Positions 40,798-53,710 of a stretch of DNA of 64,000 nt are shown here, in pieces (the first letter of the stretch is position 1; the number at the start of each line of letters is the position of its first letter). The position numbers and the translations under genes were made by a program. Source of the stretch: Chiloscyllium plagiosum (Eukaryota). The notes beneath the pieces were generated by a model that saw only the letters and a program-made list of their open reading frames with translations, ran no database searches and was not told the DNA's origin. The stretch is from positions 104,866,158-104,930,157 of the forward strand of contig NC_057718.1 in NCBI RefSeq assembly GCF_004010195.1. The letters are read 5' to 3'.

Positions 40798-40837
40798 GCA
40801 CTGAGGATGTCCCCCAGACAGGGGACGAAACGTCTGC
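40798..40837 (+). ncRNA. Minimal hammerhead ribozyme motif, PLE family C (diverged minus copy 40613-40652)
   Basis: gca-CTGAGGA-t-gtcccc-cagaca-ggggac-GAAAC-GTC-tgc. Confidence 0.75.
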
Positions 40838-41006
40838 AACACAAATTCCCAGCTCGGCGAACAGAACCACAACAACGAGCACCTGAGCTACAAATCTTCT
40901 CAAACTTTGAATATTTGTATGTATCAATACTTTAAAACAAACAAAATCAATAAAATTGATTGATTTGCTGTTCAAGTGCCAACATTTCAAAATCAGCAAC
41001 ACTTAC

Positions 41007-42965
41007 TTGTGACAGAGGTTCTTCAAATGAACTTGTACTTTTAATTGTCATTTCTTCTCCAATGTGGTGAACAGGAGTAGAGTCTACCCAGCCAGTTAAA
41101 TGTTTGACAGTTGAAAGGGCAACTTCTGTCCTGCTGCATTGGCTAATTTCTTCTTTAAAGGCACCAACAGACTGTTCTTCACCAAAGGATGCCCACGATG
41201 TACTTTCAGCCACCGAATCCCCAAAAGCATTCCACTCAGTGTCTTGCTCAGTTGTAAAGTCTTCATCACTTTTGAATCCTGCAAACTCAGACTCATTGTT
41301 ACCTTCCTGAATAGACCCAAATTCTCCAAAATCCTCATCATCTGTCTTTGTAATTGTGGTGGTAGTTCCATGCTCACTAAACTCCAGGCCACTTTCATGA
41401 TAAACAGCAAGTTCTGTTTGAACATCCTTTTCTGCTGGAGATTCAGAAAAATTAGCAAATGTTTGTAGGGAGTCAGCACCCATACTGCCAAAGTCACCAA
41501 ATTCTTCTTTAACACCAGCTTCCTGAAATGTAGCAAACTCTTCTGTTGCCAACTTTGAGGATGTTTTGTTGTCAGAGTTTCTACAATGCATATTTACTGT
41601 TCCAACATCATCCACAGCAGCGGAATTCAACACTGGACTAAAAGCAGCAAAATCAACATCGCCTAAGCACTTGCTTCTTGAAATTTCAAAGTGATCTGAC
41701 TCAATTCCTTCTGTCCTTTGCCCATCAGTCACCAGTGGCTCACCATTGACTGCATGGTCTTGCTCAATCATGGAGGTTCTATGTGCAACACTGTCTGAAC
41801 AAACACCAACATCTTCCTCATTCGGAGTACAGATTTCCAAATCTATTTCTGCTCCAGCTTGCTTTTCACTATATGATTGATCTGCCCTTAATTGAACCTC
41901 TGAACTTTCTATGTTAATGGCTTCTTTCACTATTCCCAAAAATTCATGAACTGGTTGTTCAGCATTTTGGTTCTGAATTTCATTATGCTCCATTGGTTTT
42001 GATGAACTCCAGTCATGATTAGGAAAGCTTGTGTCAGCTGAAGTACTACGGTCAGAGGAGTGGCACTGGGTGTGTTCTATGGCTGCATTTGTCCCAGTCC
42101 CACCCATGCCATTTGAAGCAACTTTCAGCTTATCACCAGCCACTGTAAAGTTCGAACTGACTTGAACATCTGGTAGTTCCCCCAAAGCTGAATGATTGCC
42201 AACATTATGTTCTCCTTTGAGTGGCACTTTGCTGATAGTAGATAGAGATATACTTGATGTTTCTCCTGTTAAATCAGGTTCTTTAACATTTGAAAATGCG
42301 GAGAACTCTGTAAAGTCCTCAATTGGTCCAGGCATGGACTCTGACCAGAGATTGGAAATGTGAGCATTTGTAGCTGTTTGTGCATTTTGATCATTTGTGT
42401 TGACTATACTTTCTATTCCCTGAGAGTGTGTTCTATCATTTGTTGGGTACCCATTTGTCAGAATTTCTGGATTGGCCTTTTTATCATTGCTGAACTCTTC
42501 TGATTCTAAATCTATTGCACGAGCATCCTTGGCCAGACTATCAAATCTAGCAGCTACTTCTGTCAGTTTCATGGATTCCATTGTTTGTTCTGTTGCTGTA
42601 CAATCAAAAACATTTATTGAAGGTTTTGATAGAATTACATCCTTATCAGTACTTATAGTCATGTCATTTAACATTTCTTCTGCAGGTCTGGCGAAATCTG
42701 AAAGAAAGACTTTGCCTTTACTGGTACTTGCTGAATGAAAGTCAGCAAACCCATCTGGATGACTGGAATATGCATGGCCAGGCACAAAATGGTTCGGGGG
42801 CATAAAATTCCCATGGTGATCTTCTAAGTCAAAGTCAGAATAATCAAGCGTTGAACTACCAACTCCTGAAAAACCACCAAATTCACCAAACTCATCATCA
42901 ATTTCAGTTCCATCGTCTAGTGGCGGAGGTGAAGAAGAATACATCCTAATCACATCTGGCTCCAT
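41007..42965 (-). CDS. AFTPH: AFTPH exon 2 coding part (653 codons; exon starts at 42990)
   Basis: Acceptor cttctctttag| at 42991; ATG in aacatcATGG context; donor CAA|GTAAGT at 41006. Acidic protein with repeated FGEF/FGDF/FxxF gamma-ear-type motifs and WNAF/WASF motifs. Confidence 0.98.
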
Positions 42966-44165
42966 GATGTTTCCCCTCAGTTTGTAAGACCTAAAGAGAA
43001 GGAGAGAAGTTAAGAATATTAGAAACCTAAAACTTCATATCTGGGATAAAAATATTACATAACCACTGTTACCAAAAACAAAAATTGCTGGAGATCACAT
43101 TGGGTTAGACAGTACATGCATGGGAAGAGACAGCAAGCTAACATTTCCAGCCAAGATCAGAGCTCTGATGAAGAGTTATCTAGACTTAAAACGTTAGCTT
43201 GCACTCTCTCTCTATGGATACTGCCTGACCCGCCATGATCTCCAGCATTCTTTGCTTTTAGTACAGATTCCAGCATCTAGAGTACTTTTCCCTTCTATAT
43301 TCATTGCTAATCAGATGAGTATAAAACATAAGCATGCTGGAAGTTGACAGTACACAATATTGATATCCCACAATACACTTTCCATGTGAAACTAGGGACA
43401 AATACGACAACTAAAAACACTTAATTTTCCATTTAAATAAGCAAATGCACAACTCTGTTTGAAAGAAATAACTATGAATTCTACAAGTAAATCTTTCCAG
43501 ATAAATACTGATCTTCTGCAGAATTATACACAAAAATCAAGACTAATACTAGTTTTCAGGTGAAGTAGAGTTAAAGGATGGATATAACTGGACAAGAACA
43601 AAACAATTTTGTCTAAGATATTCACTATTAATATTCATCATTTAGCTACAAACATAACACTGATAAAAAAGCAATGTTAGTTTATTCTTTATAAATAAAA
43701 CAGATTAACAGAAAACAGACTAATTCTGTTTTAACATATTCAAAACAGCACTTGGAATTAAAGAAAATCTTCAGAGAAATCACAAGAAAATGAAATATAA
43801 AGGATGTTCTGACAGAACTTGTTATAACCCTGCATTTCTGTTCCAGAGCTACCTGCACAGTTAGTTTGCCAATTCCCATTCTAAGAGTCAAAGTGAAAAG
43901 CCCTGGAAAGGTGCATCTTGCCTGCACAAACATGTCCAAACTGCAAAACGCAGAGCAACAGTGGTGACAAAGCTCAAAACTCAGAAATACAGTCACTCAT
44001 TTGATAGGAGACTAACCAATTATAAACATTACAATCAAGAAAACTTGACAATGCTGAAGTGATAATAAATAATGTATAAACAGTCTGAAGTAATTACACT
44101 TGATAAAAGCAAAGTTAAAAATCACACAACACCAGGTTATAGTCCAACAGGTTTAATTGGAAGCA

Positions 44166-44200
44166 CACTAGCTTTCGGAGCGATGCTCCTTCATCAGGTG
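44166..44200 (-). ncRNA. Minimal hammerhead ribozyme motif, PLE family A (further copies near 11400, 17300, 50030, 51035, 59190)
   Basis: Minus strand cac-CTGATGA-a-ggagc-atc-gctcc-GAAAG-CTA-gtg; palindromic AGCT stem III. Confidence 0.72.
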
Positions 44201-44939
44201 ATTGTAAGGAGCGTCGCTCCGAAAGCTAGTGTGCTTCCAATTAAACCTGTTGGACTATAACCTGGTGTTGTGTGATTTTTAAACTTTGTACACCGGCATC
44301 TCCGAATCATTTAGAAAAGCAGTAAGGTTGGACTGGACTCTTAGTTGCAAGAAGATACTGTTAGAAGGTAAATGAGATGATAACGCTTGCAAATTAATTC
44401 AAAGTGATTTGAAGCATTTAGAGCCTAACTAATCAAAGAAAAGCAAATTAGGATGAGCAAAAGATTTTAAATTGAACAAGAAAATTGTCTAATTTTAGTT
44501 TACAAGGAGCTATTAAAATACAACTAGTTAGTGTAATGGTTAATTGCTCAATTCATATAAAATGCTGAATATCTTAGTTGCTCCGCCTACACTTTTATAT
44601 GAAATTTGTGTGTTTCTGCTGTGCTGCAATGCAAGTGGGAGACAATTTTACAAAAATGTGCCAGAAGTGCAAACTACTCTGCAAATCAGTAAAAAAAAAT
44701 CCAATCAAAACAGCTCAAACACTTCCTGTGGCAAAAACAGCATTTCAGCTTATTCAGTATGGTTATTTCAGCAACAATGTTAGAAAGAAATGCATAAACA
44801 AAGTACACAGATTCAATGAAGGCATACCCCTTTTTAATTGAATATCCTGAAATTTTACAATGCACTTTATTGATGTGATTTCATCAGTTTAGCAATGCTA
44901 AACTACATATTCCTACATTTTCTATGTCTTTTCTGCAAT

Positions 44940-46340
44940 TAGAGTCAGAGTCATAGATGTACAGCATGAAAACATACAACCCACTGTGTGAAAAAGTTGC
45001 TCCTTAGGTCTCTTTTATAACTTTCCCCTCTCACCCTAAATCTATGCCCTCTAGTTCTGGACTCCCTGACCCCAGGGAAAAGGATTTGCCTATTTACCCT
45101 ATCCGTGCCCCTCAATTTTGTAAACCTCTATAAGGTCACCTCTCAGCCTCCAACGCTCGAGGGAAAACAGCCCCAGCCTGTTCAGCCTCTCCCTATATCT
45201 CAAATCCTCCAACCCTGGCAACATCCTTGTAAATCTTTTCTGAACCCTTTCAAGTTTCACATCTTTCCGATAGGAAGGAGACCAGAATTGCACGCAATAT
45301 TCCAACAGTGGCCTAACCAATGTCCTGTACAGCCACAACATGACCTCCCAACTCCTAGGAACCAAACGCATCCCTCATTACATTACAGCCAGTCTCAACA
45401 CCAGAAACTTGGCTGTTCCCCTGAGAATCCATCACCCTCTTCATTTTCCAAAACAGCATTCTTGCTTGAAACGGGGATAGCCACAGAAGACCCCTGTACT
45501 AACTGCTTACCTCTCTTACCTTTCCTAGAGCTAATCCATCTATGTGACTGTGTCTGAGACTTTTTCCCCTTCCTATAACTGCCATCCATCACATCCTCTT
45601 GTAAATTCCTCATTGTCTCTAACTGTCTCTCCAACCGATCCATCCTCTCTTATAAGCTTCGCAACCAACGGCATTAATTGCAAATATAATCCTCAGTAAC
45701 CCGTAAACTCTCCTAAACTCCGAAGAGCATATCACTCTACTAAAGGCTATTTTTGCTTCTTTCGATCTACAGACCCAGAAAATAGCAGTGTCTTATTCCT
45801 CTACAAAACACTACTCCATGTTAAAAATATAAGACATAAATATCAATTTAAGTTTAATCAAGAGACATCTCATTATAACATTGAATCAAGAACCCACTCT
45901 ACTCACTACTGCAGACATACTGTAAAGCCATACTTAAAATATCCACTTCTGTTTCTCTGCTGTGACCTCTCCCAAACACGTTCCTCCAAGATTAGTTGCG
46001 AATTTCACTGTTTATTAATTTTCCCAGACAGACTTAGATGTCCAACAATACATGAATTCAGATAGCAAAGGCAATGAATGCACATGGTTCACTGCTGTGT
46101 CATTTAGCAATGCGAGTTCTCTCCCTCTCTCTCTCACCTGCACTGATCTCATCAAATGCTTCCTTTGTCTGTTCCTCTTCCTTTTAAACATGCTGTTTTG
46201 ATTTTTTTTGTCTCCAAAGTTCCAAAACAGTGCAATGCTCCTGGAATTCAAGGAAATCACCTCCAACACCTAAAATATCTTTGAAAAAAGCTGCTCTTAA
46301 AGCCAGAAATTTTTCTTGTCCTCCATATTGGATTACCCAG
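44940..46340 (-). mobile_element. Internally deleted CR1 LINE (5'UTR/ORF1 joined to RT 3' end at ~45355)
   Basis: ORF 45395-45643 parallels ORF1 piece 35910-36257; ORF 45099-45371 is the RT C-terminus. Confidence 0.85.
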
Positions 46341-47709
46341 AATCCTCTAGTTTATTAGAGTCTGATTTAACATACACAGATTTGGATTGCTCCGTTAACC
46401 CAGATGGCTCAGAGGCTGAGTAACTGAGTCACTCAAACAAGAAAAATCTCTAATTCAGCGTTATGCCTGTACACAATCTGGATGACTGCAGAAGTGGTGC
46501 AACTTGCCTCAATGCCCCTGCAGCAGGTTAAGGGAGGGGTTAATGTTTACCAAAATGGCCATTCTGATTGCTACTCAACAATCCATTGGGCATATGCACA
46601 GCATTGAGAACAAGATCAGCCTGGCTGTAATAGCCCATTCCTTAGGAAAGCACATGTAGATGCATTTGAAGTAAAACAATAAAACCAGGATACCAACAGG
46701 CTGTTAAATTTCTAAATATTAAAGATATCAAGGTATATGGAGATGCAGTAGGGAAATGGTATTCAGGTTGATCAGCCAAGATCTATCTGAATGGTAGAAT
46801 AGGCTCAAGGGGTTGCTTTGCTCTTGTTTCCTAAGTTCCTCCTATAAAATCAATTATTTATACACTTGCTTGTATGTTTTACATTGTTATGCAGTAGAAC
46901 CTGAAAAAAACAGATTCGAATTTACACAGTGAACTTTATAATACATAAAATGTAAATTACATATTAATCCTGATGAAAGTCAATGCAGACAAATGCACTC
47001 TTTCTTTCAGAAGAAAATTAGATGACACATAACTTCACCCTTATATATTCAAAGAGTAAGAGACAATTGCATTTATATTAAAGTGAAAGAACAAACTTGG
47101 CTTTCTATAGTTTGGTCCACATTTGTAGGATCCTCTGAAGTGCTTCATGGCCCATACTCAGTTCTGAACTGTAGTCAACAATGTAATCCAAAGAAAAACA
47201 GCAGCCAACATAAATGCAAGATCCTCCCAACAATATAAAGATAAACAACCAGATCACTTACTGTTTCTCATGGTATTGGTAAAGAATAAACACTGGCCAA
47301 ATAACAGGAATACTCCCTATCTCTTCTTTGAAGAGTCATGTGATATTGTGTTTTCAAACTGTTAGCTTCCTTACATCAACTCTGGGCATCAAGTTTCTTG
47401 TCGACAGCTTTATGCTGATTTTTGAGTCCTGGTTACAGGTTCAAGTTTGGCTTTATTGTGACTGAGAAGGTTGTGTGTTCATGCCTCATGACAGAACTCA
47501 GTCCATATACCAACCTAACAATCCAGCAGTGGTAAGGGAGTGTGGTATTGTTGGAGGTACCAAACATTTCTGTGCCTTCACAGACACAAAAGGTTTTGGA
47601 CCGTGTTTGAAGAAGAGCAGGAAATTTTTCTACAAATTTACATGGCAGCTTCGTATACGTGTTGCCTTCAACTTTGGCACAAGAGGCCAGAATCAATTGA
47701 GTGCACAAG

Positions 47710-49520
47710 TGAGCCTGACGTCGATGGTGGGCAAGTTGTTGCAGGGAATGCTGAGGGATACGATGTACATGTATTTGGAAAGACAAGGATTAGGGATAGT
47801 CAACATGACTGCATGGGAAGTCATGTCTCACATTCTTGATTGAATTTTTTGAAGTAACAGAGGATTAATGAGGGTAGAGCATTAGATGTGATCTAGATGG
47901 ACTTCAGTAAGGCGTTCGACAAGGTTCCCCATGTGTTTTAAAAAATTCTCAAGGTTTTCACCACATTCCATTGCTTGGCCCAATACATGTGTTACATTAT
48001 GATTCACACATGTATTGGGACATAATTTTAACCCTTTCACCACACCATGTGAGACTGGTGAGCAAGGTTAGATCTCACGGATTACAGGGAGAACTGGCCA
48101 TTTGGATACAGAACTGGCTCGAAGATAGAAGACAGAGGGTGGTGGAAGGTTATTTTTCAGTTTGGAGGCCTGTGACCAGTGGAGCGCCACAAGGATCGGT
48201 GCTGGACCTACTACTTTTTGTCATTTATATAAATGGATGTGACGATAGCAGATGACACCAGAATTGGAGGTGTAGTAGACAGTGAAGATGATTACCTCAG
48301 ATTACAACCGGATCTTTATCAAAGGGGCCAATGGACAGAGGAATGGCAGATGGATTTTAATGCAGAAAAAATGTGAAATGTTGCATTTGGGAACACAAAT
48401 TGTCGCAGGACCGAGATACTTTATGGTAAGATCCTAGGGAGTGTTGCTGAACAAAGATACCTTAGAGGCATGTTCATAGCTCCTTGAAAGTAGAGCTGCA
48501 GGTAGATAGCATAGTGAAGGTGGCATTGGGTATGCTTACCTTTATTGGTCAGAGCATTGAGTAGGAAAATCGACTTTTCGGGCAAAAGCTCTTCATCAGG
48601 AGAGGAAGAGAACTTCTTCAAGGTAGGCATCCTTGCAAGAGGATTCGCAGTAAGGTTAAAATCAACTAGGCAAAAAAATGAGGACTGTAGATGCTGGAAA
48701 TCAGAGTCTAGATTAGAGCATTGAGTACAGGAGTTGGGAGGTCATGTTGCAGCCGTATAGAATGATGGTCAGGCCACTTTTGGCCAATTCTGGTCTCCTT
48801 CCTATTGGAAAGATGTTGTGAAACTTGAAAGGGTTCAAAAAAGATTTACAAAGATGTTGCCAGGGTTGGCAGATTTGAGTTATAGGGAGAGGCTTGGAAA
48901 TCAGAGTCTAGATTAGAGCATTGAGTACAGGAGTTGGGAGGTCATGTTGCAGCCGTATAGAATGATGGTCAGGCCACTTTTGGAATGTTGCATGCAATTC
49001 TGGTCTCCTTCCTATTGGAAAGATGTTGTGAAACTTGAAAGGGTTCAAAAAAGATTTACAAGGATGTTGCCAGGGTTGGCAGATTTGAGTTATAGGGAGA
49101 GGCTGAACAGGCTGGGGATATTTTCCCTGGAGTGGAGGCTGAAGGGTGACCTTATAGAGGTTTATAAAATCAGGAGGGGCATGAATAGGATAAACAGACA
49201 AAGTTGTTGGAGTCCAGAACAAGAGGGCATAGGTTTAGGGTGAGGGAGGAAAAGATATAAAAGAAACCTAAGGGGCAAAGTTTTCACGCAGAGGGTGGTG
49301 CGTGTATGGAATGAGCTGCCAGAGAAATTGGTGGAGGCTGGTGCAATTGCAACATTTAAAAGACATCTGGATACGTATATGAATAGGAAGGGTTTGGAGG
49401 AATATGGTCCAGGTGCTGGCAAGTGGAACTAAATTAGATTTGGATATCTGGTCGGCATGGACAGGTTGGACCGAAGGGTCTGTCTCCTTGCTGTACATCT
49501 CTGCGACTCTATGACTCAGA
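47710..49520 (+). mobile_element. CR1 LINE RT/3' region with nested PLE terminus (~48564-48714) and an internal tandem duplication
   Basis: VSLTSMVGKLL, WRPVTSGAPQGSVL, VRPLLECCMQFWSP fragments; AGAGCATTGAGTA duplicated around the nested insert. Confidence 0.9.
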
Positions 49521-49976
49521 GGCAGAAGGGGCATCAATTTAATATCTCAATCTAAAAGTCAACCACCACCACCACCAGTTGGTGCTTTCTCAGAACTGTT
49601 CAGACTGTACGCTCAAACCTTGTGCATGGGCTCAAATCCCCAACTTCTGACCCTGAAGAGAGCACAACCTTGAGCCAAGACTAACAAAGCTGACAGCATT
49701 TCAAACACACAAAAGATGCCTGAGTAAATTAAGCATAAGCTAAATTAAATCTGAGCCAATGGAGATAGCCATGAGCGAAAGGATTGGGGTAGGAACTGGG
49801 TTTCAAGGAAGGATTCAATGGAGGTGAAGACAACGGTCAAGGAGAGATTTCTTGACTACATTAACCAGATGACTGAAGGCATGGCAGCTAACAGTGGAGC
49901 AAAAGTCAGAAGACCAGGGATCAGGATTCCACAAATGTTAATGAAGCAGAATGTTCAGGACTCTTACACAAAGACA

Positions 49977-50432
49977 CAGTTAAAGATCACAACACCAGGT
50001 TATAGTCCAACAGGTTTAATTGGAAGCACTAGCTTTCAGAGCGCTGCTCCTTCATCAGGTGGTTGTGAAAGACACAATTGTAAGGCACAGAATTTATAGC
50101 AAAGATCTACAGTGTGAAGTAACTGAAATTGTACATTGAAAAATACTTTTGATTGTCTGTTGAGTCTTTCATCTGTTCGAATACCATGATAGTTTCACTT
50201 ATTTCATGTGTAAATCACAAAACTGTTTTTAAAAAGTTGCATTCTCAGGTTAACTGTAACAATGGGTGATAGCTAGACAATATGTTGAAGGTGTTGGCCC
50301 CCGTGTTCTCTGTCTTTGCCATGATGTTTACATTGATTCTAATCTAAAAAGTGAGATAACAGAGTTTTACATGAATTCATGCAGTTTTTGAGCAAAGTAA
50401 ATGTAACTCTGCAAGTACAAATTTACCCCACA

Positions 50433-50482
<50 letters not shown>

Positions 50483-51157
50483 ATGTATGCATGTATGTAT
50501 GTGTCTGTCTGCCTGGGCTGGGGGGCTTGAGAGTGTAAGAGAGAGTGCGAGTGTAGAGTGTCTTAGGTCTGTGAGGGGGTGCATGAGTGAGTGTGGAAGT
50601 GTGTGTGTGTCTGTGTGCATGTCAGTGTGTATAGGAGTGCCTGTGTGTATGTGAGTATAGTGCAATGGTGGTCACCTGTAATGTGACATGAACCCAAGGT
50701 CCCGGTTGAGGCCCTCCCTATGGGTACCGACCTTAGCAATCAGCCTCTGCCCAGCCTCTTTTTGTTGCTGCCTGTCCTGAAGTCCACCTTGGAGGATGGT
50801 CACCCTAAGGTCCGAGGTCGAATGCCCTGGACACAAAGACCCACATGCACACATGTACATATGCATTGTTATTTCTAACCTAAAAAGTGAGATAACAGAG
50901 TTTTACATGAATTCATGCAGTTTTTCAGCAAAGTACAATGTAACACTGCAAGTACAAATTTACCCCACAAACGTATATGTGTGTGTGTGCATGTGGGTCT
51001 GTGTACATGCCTTACAATTGTGTCTTCCACAACGACCTGATGAAGGAGCGGCGCTCCAAAGCTAGTGCTTCCAATTAAACCTGTTGGACTATAATCTGGT
51101 GTTGTGAGATTTTTAACTTTGTACACCCCAGTCCAACACCAGCATCTCCAAATCATG
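49977..51157 (-). mobile_element. Penelope-like element 3' portion with inverted termini and (TG)n tracts
   Basis: GHSTSDLRVTILQGG..QRLIAKVGTHREGLNRDLGF (GIY-YIG C-terminus); inverted arms ~49977-50087 and ~51008-51118; TSD ACAAAGAC(A/G)CAG at 49968-49979 and 51158-51169. Confidence 0.88.
50435..50500. repeat. (TG)n microsatellite within the PLE 3' region; (CA)n counterpart ~61732-61772
   Basis: Visible dinucleotide runs. Confidence 0.95.
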
Positions 51158-52884
51158 ACAAAGACGCAGAGGGAGGTGCAAGTTTTCATGCAAACCATGA
51201 TTTCATTTTACCAATAGAAAATGCTGGATCACACATTTGTACTTGCACACACAATATATGTTCTTTTATATCACACTAGAATAATTCTATAGATATATAG
51301 AAGCATAATCCCCACACTCAGGTAATTCTGCAAAGTTTACAAATAAATGAATAGAACCATGTTGTGTTGTCCAAAAATCTGCATTTACATCATGAAAATC
51401 TGACTTAAAAGTCTTACAAAAATATTTAAAGGTACTACATTGCACTAAAGGATGAATGATGCAATGAACAGACACAGAAGGACCATGTGCAGGACTCCAT
51501 ATAAACTATCAGCAAAAGACTTGACAGAAAGTGCAGCATGGTAAAATCTATAAGAATCACAGCATTTACCCGATAATACCTCAACAGAAAAACTACAAAT
51601 TCACTTTGCACTGTAATCTTGCTTCCTTATGCATTAAATCTGGAATTCAATGTGTCCATGCCAAGCAGTCACTTTTAACTCAGGGAAATACTTCAGATCT
51701 TATTATTTCTTCCAAGTTCTTACATTGAAAGTAGTTGATGATGTAGGCTTCAGCTAATGTTACTCAAACCCCAACAAGAAAATACTAATGTACATTTCAA
51801 TATATCTATCCAATCCTCTTTCCTCCCTGTTCAAAGACTTCAAAAGACAAACAAAGTATGTTTTAAAAAAAAGTTACTTTTTCTTCCTCAAATGCATCGG
51901 GGAATTATTAACAGATTCCCATGAAAAATGTGTCATAGTCAAAAGGGGTGAAAAGAAATCTCAAAAGAATACTATATTTTTCTCATTTCCCTGTTTACAT
52001 TCAACTGCGTTTACAAGTGAACCACCTTACTAGACTCAAATGGCTGAGCCTGATCAGATGAGTATTACTGATTACATGATTATTTCCAGAAACTTCTGAA
52101 CCTCCTGCATTGCATGGACTTTCCAACTAAAGCTGACAAAGGGACTGGAGATGAGAAATTTGTCTTTAGCCAGCTCTGGATAAAAGAAAAACAGCAAGAC
52201 ACATTGGCTAAAATAGGGGTCAAGGCTGTACCATCACATCGCAATGGATTCTCTGATGGAGGAGGTAAAGCTACACTGTTAATTTCGCAACTTCCAAATC
52301 AGCCCAACAAGATGGACTCTCAGCACATGAAATACCAGTCTTCAACACATGACAAACTTCATGTTGTAATGCTTGATCACATAATTTTGGGATTTTTGTC
52401 ACTTATTGGGAAATGAGGATTCCAAGCTGCATGTGCAGCCTGCCTCAGACCTCCATCATTGTTTTCAAGCTGTTATCTGAAAGAAACCTACAGTTGGCTT
52501 GCCAGAAAGGAAACTACTAGATCCAGTTCACTGAGAAAATTGTTAATGGACACTGAACTCAGGACGTTGTAGTTCACACAAACTGATTTTTTTTAAACAC
52601 ACCTCTGCATTTAACAAAGTTTGTAATTTTATAACTTATCTCCCCTCTTCTGTCCCATCTTCCTTAGTTTCTTGAGTGCTTGTACGCGAATGGAACAACA
52701 AAGCAGTTTCCTTGAGTGCTGAATGCCTTGTTAATAAATTCCATCTTTGATTTAATCTTAAAAGATTTTGTTGTGCATTTATTTCAAAAGTGGGAGTCCA
52801 AAAGCCAGTGTTTGTGGGGAACCTACCTTAGGAAGGGATGGAGTTAGAAAAAATAAAGGAAGAAATAAATCAAACAATAACTAG

Positions 52885-53670
52885 CTGTGCCCGGATGGAA
52901 TTTCACATTGGCCCAAAGGTCCCGTACTTCCTGCAGGAGCCTGTGCTCCACAACCTCAGCTGCCGGAGTTTTAGTTTTGCCCCTTTAAGGGACATAAAAC
53001 GACGGGCCCTGTATAAACTGCTGCTGCACACTGTCCATCTCTTTTCCCTCAGCTACAGCCCGGACATGCCTTGGCGTGCCCATTTGCCACCGGGTGGTGG
53101 AGACCCCCAGTGGAGGGCTCTCTATGCAGTGGTCCTCTCCCTTTCTCTTGGGGATCTGGGGTGGAGGGTGCTGCACGCAGCGATCCCCTGCAACCACAGA
53201 GTGCTATGGTTCATGGACTCCCAGCCCAACTGCTTGTTCTGTGGACCATGTATATAATGGGTCTGAGCATTTGCACCCCCTTTTTGACTTAAAAATCTTC
53301 TCCTCTGCTTTTGGTTGCACTTCAGTCCCCCGCTCCTGATCTTTGGGCACCCGGTACAGGCGGGGCGGGGCGGGGCGGGGCGGCGGGGGCGAATGGCAGG
53401 TTTGAGGACCTCCTCGTGGGTCTCCTCCTGCACCTGGCCAAACTAGCCATAAACAGGTCCAGGCCCTGCCCTCTCCTTCACTGTTTGATCATGCAGCACT
53501 GCCCTGGCCACTCGGGTGTTTCCTTTCTTCCTGATGGTGGAATATTAATAAAGATTTACACACTTCTTGTTCTCCACTGTGTCCTACACCCTGCACATAC
53601 ACTACAAGGGTGCTGGTGAAAAATAAGCATTACCCCAGTTAGGTGGTAGTGTGGGGTAAGAAAAAAAAAC
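52885..53670 (+). mobile_element. Tx1/L1-like non-LTR retrotransposon 3' fragment (zinc-finger region)
   Basis: PQWRALY...LGDLGWRVLHAAIPCN...PNCLFCG, later LAKLAINRSR; followed by AATAAA and an A tract. Confidence 0.72.
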
Positions 53671-53710
53671 AGACATCCTAACATGTTTGTTTCCTAATTA
53701 CGTTAAAACA

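Noticed and set aside
40947..41006. C-terminal VSVADFEMLALEQQINQFY of the 672-aa ORF as a single-exon protein end
   Set aside because: Read-through past a consensus GTAAGT donor; downstream exons continue the aftiphilin frame.
50379..50665. Cys/Val- and His/Thr-rich ORFs
   Set aside because: Translations of (TG)n/(CA)n microsatellite.
53359..53390. GC-box cluster / G-quadruplex as a second promoter
   Set aside because: (GGGGC)n expansion inside the Tx1-like fragment, with no surrounding CpG island.
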